From Candidatus Solibacter sp. (GTDB lineage: Bacteria; Acidobacteriota; Terriglobia; Bryobacterales; Bryobacteraceae), in NCBI GenBank assembly GCA_050014175.1, contig JBEKDV010000001.1, positions 19,265 to 83,264 on the forward strand: DNA of 64,000 nucleotides, written 5' to 3'. Position numbers and translations under genes: made by a program. Of this stretch, positions 49,226 through 56,981 are shown piece by piece. Every line of letters begins with the position of its first letter. Positions within the stretch are counted from its first letter, which is position 1. A model generated the notes under the pieces. The model saw only the letters and a list, made by a program, of their open reading frames with translations, was not told the origin of the DNA and did no database searches.

Positions 49226-49960
49226 ATGCAACCACATGAGGATTGGCGAAACAGAAGTTCTCTTCAGGGCATCGTTCCGGCGCTGATCGTGATCGGCATC
49301 GGAGTGCTGTTCCTGCTCAACAACCTGAACATTTTTTTCATTCACGACGTTTGGCGTTTCTGGCCGGTGATCCTGATCGCGGTGGGGCTGGTGAAGCTGG
49401 TGGATTCGCCATTGTCGAATGCGCGGATCACCGGCGGCATCCTGGTGGGCGTGGGCGCGCTTTTTCTGGCCGACAATCTCGGCTTCCTCAACCTCACCTG
49501 GGAAAACTTCTGGCCGCTGGCGCTGATCGGCGCCGGCGTGCTGATGCTGTGGCACCGGTTGGCGCCGGCGCCGATATGGGCACGGGCGGGGACCGCCTCC
49601 GGCATCCCGGCGGGGGCCCACGAGGGCACGCTGAATGAGTACGCGCTATTCGGCGGCGTGGAGCGCAAGGTGACCACGGACGATTTTCGCGGCGGCCAGG
49701 TATCGGCCATGTTCGGCGGCGTGGAGATCGATTTGCGGCGCGCCGGCATGCGTGGGGACTCGGCGGTAATCGACGTCACCAGCATGTTTGGCGGCGTGGA
49801 ATTCAAGATTCCGCAGAACTGGATCGCCGTGGCTTCCATCGCCGCCATCTTCGGCGGCTTCGGCAACAAGAGCGTGCAGCCCAGCGCGGACACGCCCGGG
49901 GTGAAGCGCCTCTACATCAAAGGGACGGCGATGTTCGGCGGCGTGGGCGTGAAGAACTGA
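49226..49960 (+). CDS. LiaF-like cell-envelope stress membrane protein (LiaI-LiaF TM + DUF2154-like domain)
   Basis: ALIVIGIGVLFLLNNLN...WRFWPVILIAVGLVKL TM pattern and a C-terminal repetitive MFGGVE beta domain. Confidence 0.6.
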   Translation: MQPHEDWRNRSSLQGIVPALIVIGIGVLFLLNNLNIFFIHDVWRFWPVILIAVGLVKLVDSPLSNARITGGILVGVGALFLADNLGFLNLTWENFWPLALIGAGVLMLWHRLAPAPIWARAGTASGIPAGAHEGTLNEYALFGGVERKVTTDDFRGGQVSAMFGGVEIDLRRAGMRGDSAVIDVTSMFGGVEFKIPQNWIAVASIAAIFGGFGNKSVQPSADTPGVKRLYIKGTAMFGGVGVKN

Positions 49961-49967
49961 CACCAGG

Positions 49968-51017
49968 ATGCATCCCCTCCTAGCCACGCGCTGGCGGACG
50001 CTGGCGTACCTTGCCGGCTGGGTGCCCATCGTGGCGCTGCTGGACTACCTGATGTGGGCGTCCGGCGGCGCATCGTGGGTGCGCAATACGGCGGTGCTCG
50101 GTCCTGCCTGCTTCCTGTTCGCGTTCGCCTGCCTTTCGGCCGGGCCGATTTGCCGGGTCCGGCCGCTGCGCCTGGCCGACGGCGCCATGTTGGCGGTGAC
50201 CTGGGCAGGCGCGGCGGCGGCAGCCGGCGCCATGTTCAGCGGCGCCGCCTGGGGACTGGCACGGATGGAAGGGCTGCCCGCCGCGCACCTGGACCTGCTG
50301 TTCGGCGTGGGCATCCTGCTCTACCTGCTCTCCGCCGGATTGCACTACGCGGCGCTGGCCGCGGAGGAAGCGCGCGAGGCGGCGCTGGCGGTGGCCGAGG
50401 CGCGGACGCTGGCGCGCGACGCGGAGTTGAACGCCTTGCGCATGCAGATCAATCCGCACTTCCTCTTCAACAGCCTGCACTCGATCGCCGCGCTGGCCAC
50501 GGTGGACGCCGTGCGGGCGCGCGAGATGTGCATTCGCCTGTCGGACTTTCTGCGCAGCAGCCTTGGCCTGGGCGAGCGCGACAGCGTTCCGCTGCGCGAG
50601 GAACTGGCTCTGGCCCGCAGCTATCTGGAAGTGGAGCGGGTACGCTTCGGCGCGCGCCTCCAATTCAGCGAGAACATCCAGGAATCCTGCCAGGATTGCG
50701 CCGTTCCGGTGCTCTTGCTGCAACCGCTGGTGGAAAACGCCGTGAAGCACGGCATCGCGGGACTGGTGGAAGGCGGCGCCATCCGCCTGTCCGTGGAACG
50801 CCTCGGCCCGAGCGTCCGCGTGGCGGTGGAGAATGCGTTTGACCCGGACGCGGCGCCGCCCAACCGGCTCGGCATGGGGCTGCCGCAGGTGCGCCGCCGC
50901 CTGGAACTGCGCTATGGCGGCGCCGCCAGCATGCAAGCCGGCGGGGGCGAAGGCGTCTATCGCGTGGAGTTGCGATTCCCCTGCGAGCCTTCCATGGCTT
51001 CCAGCAGCCGCGCGTAG
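49968..51017 (+). CDS. LytS/YehU-type sensor histidine kinase (His_kinase PF06580-like)
   Basis: LRMQINPHFLFNSLHSIAAL H-box region and NAVKHG ATPase motif; N-terminal TMs. Confidence 0.8.
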   Translation: MHPLLATRWRTLAYLAGWVPIVALLDYLMWASGGASWVRNTAVLGPACFLFAFACLSAGPICRVRPLRLADGAMLAVTWAGAAAAAGAMFSGAAWGLARMEGLPAAHLDLLFGVGILLYLLSAGLHYAALAAEEAREAALAVAEARTLARDAELNALRMQINPHFLFNSLHSIAALATVDAVRAREMCIRLSDFLRSSLGLGERDSVPLREELALARSYLEVERVRFGARLQFSENIQESCQDCAVPVLLLQPLVENAVKHGIAGLVEGGAIRLSVERLGPSVRVAVENAFDPDAAPPNRLGMGLPQVRRRLELRYGGAASMQAGGGEGVYRVELRFPCEPSMASSSRA

Positions 51018-51736
51018 CCGGAGCGGCTGACGGGCAGCCGGGTGCCATCGGCCAGTATGGCGACACGGCTTTCCTTCCCGTAGGGCTCGATGCGCGCCAC
51101 CCGTTCCAGGTTGACGATGGCGGAACGGTGGATGCGCACGAAGCAGGCGGGGTCGAGGAGGGCTTCGAGGGCGGCGATGGGCTGCTGCTTGAGATAACTC
51201 TTGCCTTCGCTGTGCAGCGCCACGTAGTCGTCCTGCGCGAGAACGTAATCCAGCTTGCCGATGGGAATCACATGCACGCGCGTGCCGTCCTTGACCACGA
51301 TGCGTTGCGGGCGAACGCCGGCGGGCCGGACCTCGGGCGCGAGTTCCGGCAGCACGCGGCGTTCTCCCAGTCGGGCCAGCGCCCGCTCCAGCGCCCGCTC
51401 GAAACGTTCCGCGCTGAAAGGTTTGAGCAGGTAGTCCACGGCGTGGGCGTCGAAGGCGCGCATGGCGTACTGGTCGTATGCGGTGACGAAGACGACCACC
51501 GGCGCCTGCGAGGGCTCGATCAGTTCGAGGACTTCGAAGCCGTCCAGTTTGGGCATCTGGACGTCGAGGAAGAGCAGGTCGGGGCTGGTTTCGGAGATGG
51601 CTTTGACCGCCTCGAACCCGTTGGCGCATTCGGCGGCTACCACGATCTCCGGATGCGCGGCCAGCAACTCGCGTAGATACCCCCGCGCCAGTTCCTCGTC
51701 ATCCACCACGACGGCCTTTAATGTACGTTCCATCAC
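50957..51736 (-). CDS. LytR/AlgR-family response regulator (REC + LytTR)
   Basis: VVDDEELAR...PDLLFLDVQMPKLDGFE receiver and FVRIHRSAIVNLERV LytTR motif. Convergent with the kinase gene and overlapping it by 61 nt. Confidence 0.85.
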   Translation of the reverse strand: MMERTLKAVVVDDEELARGYLRELLAAHPEIVVAAECANGFEAVKAISETSPDLLFLDVQMPKLDGFEVLELIEPSQAPVVVFVTAYDQYAMRAFDAHAVDYLLKPFSAERFERALERALARLGERRVLPELAPEVRPAGVRPQRIVVKDGTRVHVIPIGKLDYVLAQDDYVALHSEGKSYLKQQPIAALEALLDPACFVRIHRSAIVNLERVARIEPYGKESRVAILADGTRLPVSRSGYARLLEAMEGSQGNRNSTR

Positions 51737-51871
51737 AGTTTCCGATACGGCTGGCGATCTTGCGAAGGCCCCGGATTAGCTATTTGCGCCGGGTTTCATT
51801 TGTGCGACAATGAATAACACTTAATCTTAGCAGGGCCACCGACACGGGCAAGGCGGTCGGGAAGGCGGATT

Positions 51872-52177
51872 GTGGGCCAGAAAGCCGAAACGCCGTTTGA
51901 CAATATCGAGGGGTCGCACGAGTATGTCCGAATGCTCGCCGAAGCTGTGGACGAAGCCCGGCGCGATGTCGAACAAGAAATCGCCGCGGCCGAGCAGGAT
52001 CGTGCGGACCGCCGTAAAGAAGCTCTCCTTCTGGTTGCGTTTAACTTGGCCAAGCTCAACCTTCATATCACCAGCAGCCGGCGCATTTTGAACGATCTGC
52101 GCAGCTTGCGGCGCCTGCTTCTGGCGGAGCGCGGTCTACCCGCGGAGGACGAAAGCGAGGTCGGCGCAAGCGACTAA
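51872..52177 (+). CDS. Hypothetical helical protein (GTG start)
   Basis: 101-aa ORF with predicted coiled/helical character. No motif recognised. Confidence 0.35.
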   Translation: MGQKAETPFDNIEGSHEYVRMLAEAVDEARRDVEQEIAAAEQDRADRRKEALLLVAFNLAKLNLHITSSRRILNDLRSLRRLLLAERGLPAEDESEVGASD

Positions 52178-52349
52178 GAGGCACTACAAAAGCGCATCAC
52201 ACGATACACGTGTAACAGGTGTATTCTGCCCGTCTGGTCCTTTGCTTCAGGTATCCCCATTTTCCCTCCTTGTTTCCAGATTTTGTCCGTTAGCGTTGCA
52301 AAACCATTCAGTCTGCGACGAATACTGACGTTTTCTTAAACACTCCTAC

Positions 52350-52378
52350 TTGACAGAGTGCGGCGACGAGCGTAGTAT
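52350..52378 (+). promoter_or_regulatory. Sigma-70-type promoter upstream of carD (TTGACA-N17-TAGTAT)
   Basis: Consensus -35 at 52350-52355, 17-nt spacer, -10 at 52373-52378; about 60 nt before the ATG at 52441. Confidence 0.55.
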
Positions 52379-52440
52379 TTAGGGTCGTTGCACCAATTCC
52401 AAAACAGCACTCGGTAGCGGTGGTTTGTGGGGGACCCCGT

Positions 52441-52947
52441 ATGACCTTTCAGATCGGCGAGAAGGTGGTGTATCCCAACCAAGGTGTTGGCACCATCGAG
52501 AATATCAGTACCCGTTCGTTTGGCACCGCTTTCGAAAAATTCTACCTGCTGCGCTTTGGCTGCAGCATGACGGTGCTGGTGCCATTGGCCAACGCCGCCA
52601 ACATCGGGCTGCGCAGGATAACCAAAGACCGTGAGATTTCGCGAATCCTCTCCTACCTGGCGATCGGCTGGTGTCCGCTTACTGCCGACTGGAAGGTCCG
52701 CTTCAAGGAGAACAGCGACAAAATGCAGAGCGGGGATCTGCTGAAAGCTGCCGAGGTCTTCAAGGGTCTGCTGCAACTGCACATCGATAAGCCGCTCTCC
52801 TTCCGCGAAAAGAAGATGCTGGACCGGGCGCGGCACATGCTCGTTTCGGAGATTTCGATTGCCCGCGGCGTTCCCGAAATTCATGCCGTGGCCTTGATGC
52901 AGCGCGCCTTGGCCAAGAGCGGCCTGACTTTGCCCGCGACTCTGTAA
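52441..52947 (+). CDS. carD: CarD/CdnL-family RNA-polymerase-binding transcription factor
   Basis: FQIGEKVVYPNQGVGTIENI (Tudor-like RID) ... NIGLRRI ... KMLDRARHML. Confidence 0.85.
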   Translation: MTFQIGEKVVYPNQGVGTIENISTRSFGTAFEKFYLLRFGCSMTVLVPLANAANIGLRRITKDREISRILSYLAIGWCPLTADWKVRFKENSDKMQSGDLLKAAEVFKGLLQLHIDKPLSFREKKMLDRARHMLVSEISIARGVPEIHAVALMQRALAKSGLTLPATL

Positions 52948-53027
52948 GGTCCACCACACCAATCGTCACGGGTTCGGCGCGGGGGAGACGGTTTTCCGGC
53001 GTGGCGGGGTAAAATTGACTCTTTGCC

Positions 53028-53690
53028 ATGTCACGAACCCATACTCCGGTCACGAATGAACTGGCGGACTACATCCGCCAGGTAACGCTGCGCGAACCCG
53101 AAGCGCTGCGCCAACAACGCGAAGCCACCGATCCGCATCCGCAAGCCTCCATGCAGACCTCGCCCGAACAGGGCCAGTTGCTGCATCTGCTGGCGCGCCT
53201 GGCGGGGGCGACGAGGGCGCTGGAGGTGGGCGTGTTCCTGGGCTACAGTTCCGCCTGGGTGGCGCTGGCGCTGCCCGAAGGCGGCAAAATCGTCGCCTGC
53301 GACCGGAGCAGGAAGTACACCGCCCAGGCGCGGCGGCTGTGGCGCGAGGCCGGCGTGGAAGACAAGATCGAATTGCGCCTCGGTCCCGCCCTGGATACGC
53401 TCGATGCCCTGATCGCCGAGGGGAACAGCGGCAGCTTTGACTTTGCCTTCATCGACGCCGATAAAGCCAACTATGCGAACTATTACGACCGCGCGCTGGC
53501 GCTGGTGCGTCGCGGCGGCCTCATCGTGATCGACAACGTGTTGTGGCACGGCGATGTGACGGACGCCAGCAAGACCGATGCGGACACGGAGGCCATTCGC
53601 GCCTTCAACCGCAAACTACGCGCCGACGAGCGCGTGGCGCTGAGCCTGGTGCCGCTGGGCGACGGACTGACACTGGCGTGCAAACTCTGA
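53028..53690 (+). CDS. Class I SAM-dependent O-methyltransferase (caffeoyl-CoA OMT / Methyltransf_3 family)
   Basis: LEVGVFLGYSSAWVALAL, FDFAFIDADKANY and LVRRGGLIVIDNVLWHG. Confidence 0.85.
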   Translation: MSRTHTPVTNELADYIRQVTLREPEALRQQREATDPHPQASMQTSPEQGQLLHLLARLAGATRALEVGVFLGYSSAWVALALPEGGKIVACDRSRKYTAQARRLWREAGVEDKIELRLGPALDTLDALIAEGNSGSFDFAFIDADKANYANYYDRALALVRRGGLIVIDNVLWHGDVTDASKTDADTEAIRAFNRKLRADERVALSLVPLGDGLTLACKL

Positions 53691-54739
53691 CCGCGCCCAC
53701 CATCTTTCCCTGCTACGCGGCGGCCGATCGCGGCATCGCGGAGCGCCTGGCGGCGTTATTGGAACGCGGCGCCGACGTGCGCGTGTTCCTCGACGAAGGG
53801 CAAATGGCGGACGGCGCGGACCTCGCCGAAAAGGCGCGCGAGGCCCGCATGGCGGATATCGTCGTCGTGCTGTTCTCGCGAAATTCTTTGCCTTCGCGCT
53901 GGCCGCGCGCGCAGTGGGAAGACGCCCTGGTGAAGGAGCCGGCGGAGGAAGGCGTGCGCATCGCTTTCGTCAAGTGCGACGATTGCATCCCGCCGCGCGT
54001 GCTCACCCCCATGTTCGACGCCGCCCGATTGCGCGAGGTGAAGCGCTGGGTGCGCGGCAGCGAACCGGGCGAACCGCCCGCCGCCGAATTCTCCGCCGAC
54101 CTGGAGGTGCTGGGCATTGCGATCGCCGACCGTCCGGGCGCGGAAACCGTGCGGAACATCGCGCTGGCCCGCGAATTCGCCCGCGCCTTTGGCGGCGATT
54201 TCGACGCGGTGCTCCACCTCGATTGCGCCACCGGCACGCTGGCCGACATGGCCGGCGATCTGGCGTGCCAGGTGGGCCTGCATCTGGAAGGCGAGTTGGC
54301 CGCCAATCTGGAACATCTGCGCATTTTCTCGGAGGCGCGCCGCTTTCTGATCGTGCTGGAAGGCGGCGCCCCCGCCGACCTGACCTTCGGCGCGCGCTGC
54401 TCGACACTCATTTCGACCGAACCCGGCGAGCCCTCGCAGGACGCCTTGCGCCAACTGGCGCGCGCCTTCGATGCCGTGGAGGATTGGACGGAGGCCTGCC
54501 GTCTGGCGCGTCAGGCCCGCCGCGTGGCGCACGAGCAGTTCCGCCTGGCCGAATGCTTCGAGATCATGACCCAATGGCGGGCCATGGCGGAGGAGCACGA
54601 CGATCGCCCGGCCGTCGACGAGGCCAGCCGCGAGCTCGTTTGGATTCTGGATGGCTGGGGCCGCACGGAAGAAGCCCGCCAATTGGAACAGACGCGCGCC
54701 ATGGAGTTCGACGAGCAGTTGCCGTTGTTCTTCGGGTAA
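53678..54739 (+). CDS. TIR-like domain protein with a degenerate STAND/NB-ARC-like module and a helical C-terminus
   Basis: IFPCYAAADRGIAERLAALLERGADVRVFLD...IVVVLFSRNSLPSRWPRAQWEDAL is TIR-like. VLGIAIADRPGAETV occupies the place of a Walker A, and FLIVLEGG the place of a Walker B. The start is uncertain (GTG 53678 or CTG 53687); the ATG at 53543 was rejected. Confidence 0.55.
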   Translation: MQTLTAPTIFPCYAAADRGIAERLAALLERGADVRVFLDEGQMADGADLAEKAREARMADIVVVLFSRNSLPSRWPRAQWEDALVKEPAEEGVRIAFVKCDDCIPPRVLTPMFDAARLREVKRWVRGSEPGEPPAAEFSADLEVLGIAIADRPGAETVRNIALAREFARAFGGDFDAVLHLDCATGTLADMAGDLACQVGLHLEGELAANLEHLRIFSEARRFLIVLEGGAPADLTFGARCSTLISTEPGEPSQDALRQLARAFDAVEDWTEACRLARQARRVAHEQFRLAECFEIMTQWRAMAEEHDDRPAVDEASRELVWILDGWGRTEEARQLEQTRAMEFDEQLPLFFG

Positions 54740-54822
54740 TATCGGAATACAGCGATCTTATCTATTGAGAACTATTCTTATGCTTGATAGAGTGAAGAGG
54801 AGAAGCAACCGGGAGGCTCGGC

Positions 54823-55098
54823 ATGACCACGGTGACCATATCGCTGCCAGAAACATTGAAGACGTTCATCGATGAGCAACTCGCCACAAAGGGGTACGGC
54901 AACGTCAGCGAGTATTTCCGCTCGCTGCTCCGAGATGCGCAGGAGCGCGACGAGGAGGCGCGGCTGGAAGCTCTCCTTCTTGAAGGGTTGGCCACGGGCG
55001 GCGATGACATTCCGTTGACGCGCGCTTTCTGGAAGGAACTCAAGGCCGAGGCCTTGGACCTCGCCAAGAAACACAAGACGCGGAAAAGGAGAGCGTGA
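54823..55098 (+). CDS. parD: ParD-type (RHH/CopG-like) antitoxin
   Basis: MTTVTISLPETLKTFIDEQLATKGYGNVSEYFRSLLRDAQ is the ParD/COG3609 pattern. Confidence 0.8.
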   Translation: MTTVTISLPETLKTFIDEQLATKGYGNVSEYFRSLLRDAQERDEEARLEALLLEGLATGGDDIPLTRAFWKELKAEALDLAKKHKTRKRRA

Positions 55099-55427
55099 AG
55101 CACATCATCAGGCCAGCGGCAAAGGATGACATTATCCGGCAGTTCCGGTATTACCTGTTGGAGGATGCGCTTGAAGCCGCAGTCCACTTTCTCGACGCCG
55201 TGGATGAATCCATTGAAGCCATCTGCCAGATGCCGAATATCGGCGCGCCGAAACCTGTCAAGAATCCGATCCTTTCCGGGCTACGCTCATGGGCCGTAAA
55301 AGGCTTCGAGGACATCCTCATTTTCTACATCGTTCAGCCTGACGCCCTGCGCGTCGTTCGCGTTCTGCACGGGCGGCGGGACATCCAGCGAATTCTCGAA
55401 CGGGAGAAGAACCCGTCCGTTTACTGA
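55095..55427 (+). CDS. parE: ParE/RelE-family toxin
   Basis: GTGA overlap with parD. The pattern RPAAKDDIIRQFRYY ... ILIFYIVQPDALRVVRVLHGRRD is typical. Confidence 0.8.
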   Translation: MKHIIRPAAKDDIIRQFRYYLLEDALEAAVHFLDAVDESIEAICQMPNIGAPKPVKNPILSGLRSWAVKGFEDILIFYIVQPDALRVVRVLHGRRDIQRILEREKNPSVY

Positions 55428-55442
55428 AAAACGGAAGGAGGC

Positions 55443-56981
55443 TTACATGCGGCAAACCGTCAAGTCCTTATTCGCATAAGGACAGACGAGGCCTGGCGGC
55501 GCCGGCCGCGAGGTCAGAATCCAGGTTACCGGATACTGCCTGACCAACCTTTCAAAATCCGCCGGCTCAAAGTGACCGAGCCCGCGCTCCGCCCCCACCT
55601 GGTTCTCCCATTCCGTGGCCAGCCGCGGGAACAAAGAGACGGCCCCGCTATCCTTCACGTAGTCCGCCAGCACGCTGCGCTCCGCCACCGCGCGAAATCC
55701 GTGCGCATCTTCTCCCGGAGCCGTCATGTAGTTCGGATCGGTGGCAAACACCGCGTCTTTGGGTGTGTGCTGGCGGATCCACAGGAAGGCGGACATCCAG
55801 GTGTTGCCATTGTTCGATCCCGGCCACTCCACGTGCTGGCTGGCCGGGAACGAACTCCGCTGCACCAGCACCATGCCGAGCGCCAGGGGAACGAAGAGCG
55901 CCAGCCATCGCCAAACGCTTTTCTTGATTCCGTACTCTCCGATCAGCCCGCCCAACAGAACGAAGAAGATGACGTACAGCAAATGAAAACTCCGCATCGG
56001 TTGCAGGCGGGTGTAGACTTCCAGGCGTTGCGGGATGGTCAGGATCACGGCGGCGGCGGTGAACAACAGCCCGAACGGAATCAGGCTGCCCGACAATTCC
56101 CGGAACGCGGGCAGCGTGCGGCGGGGACGGGCCACGGCGAACCACCACAGCACGGCCAACGGCGCGAACACGCCGGCCCACTCGTACCAGGCCCACGTGG
56201 AAACGAAGAAGAACGTCCGCGCCAACAGACATTCCCGCGCGGCTCCCTGCACCGGTGCGAAGTCAAACAGGGCCGGCAGACCGATCATCGCTCCGAGCAC
56301 CGGCTGGGCAACGCTACGCAATGCCCTGCGCCGCCTGACCAGTTCCATGCCACCGATGAACAACAAGCCATAGACCGCCATCTGCGGATGCACGGCCGCG
56401 GTCAATACGAGCCACGCCAGGGCGCGCAACGGCCGGTTCGATAAATAGCAGGCCACCGCGAAGAGCGTCGTTGGAGTGGACAGAGATCGCGCCGTCAGGT
56501 ACGGGTCCATGATGGCCAGCGCCGTGCCGGTCACCGGCACGCTGAGGGTGGCCGCCAGGACCGCCACGCCGCTCCACCTTGCGTAACTGCTTTCAAAGCA
56601 GGTGCCGAGAAGCTGCCATGCCGCCAGCAGGAGCAGAAAAATGCTCCCGATGTGCCAGGCGAAGATCACCAGGTCGATGGGCAAATGGGTCAGCCGGGCG
56701 GAACCGCCTACCAGGTCCGAAAAAATCGAAAGGTGCGCGTGCGACAGGAAGAACTGAGCGCCGAAAGGGTACAGATCGGGGTCCGCCACGCGCTTGATGG
56801 CGGGCACATAGATCGCAGCGTCATCCACGCCCAGGTGGTAGCCGTGGACCAGCACCGCCAAGCCTGTGATGGCGCTCAAACCCGGCAAGGGCGACTTGGC
56901 CCACCATCTGCCGCACGCTTCAAAAAATGACATCGAAATCGCCCGTGAAACGGCGTCCTCTCTGTCCGAAAAACAGACCAA
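55443..56981 (-). CDS. Large polytopic membrane protein (GT-C-like?) with a soluble C-terminal domain
   Basis: More than 10 TM helices. No catalytic motif recognised. The start may be the ATG at 56933. It overlaps the end of the upstream gene. Confidence 0.55.
   Translation of the reverse strand: MVCFSDREDAVSRAISMSFFEACGRWWAKSPLPGLSAITGLAVLVHGYHLGVDDAAIYVPAIKRVADPDLYPFGAQFFLSHAHLSIFSDLVGGSARLTHLPIDLVIFAWHIGSIFLLLLAAWQLLGTCFESSYARWSGVAVLAATLSVPVTGTALAIMDPYLTARSLSTPTTLFAVACYLSNRPLRALAWLVLTAAVHPQMAVYGLLFIGGMELVRRRRALRSVAQPVLGAMIGLPALFDFAPVQGAARECLLARTFFFVSTWAWYEWAGVFAPLAVLWWFAVARPRRTLPAFRELSGSLIPFGLLFTAAAVILTIPQRLEVYTRLQPMRSFHLLYVIFFVLLGGLIGEYGIKKSVWRWLALFVPLALGMVLVQRSSFPASQHVEWPGSNNGNTWMSAFLWIRQHTPKDAVFATDPNYMTAPGEDAHGFRAVAERSVLADYVKDSGAVSLFPRLATEWENQVGAERGLGHFEPADFERLVRQYPVTWILTSRPAPPGLVCPYANKDLTVCRM

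Noticed and set aside
53543-53690. ATG at 53543 as the start of the TIR-like protein
   Set aside because: It would overlap the O-methyltransferase gene by 148 nt and add an Arg-rich, non-domain N-terminus. The TIR beta-strand A begins right after the OMT stop, so a GTG or CTG start near 53678-53687 is more plausible.
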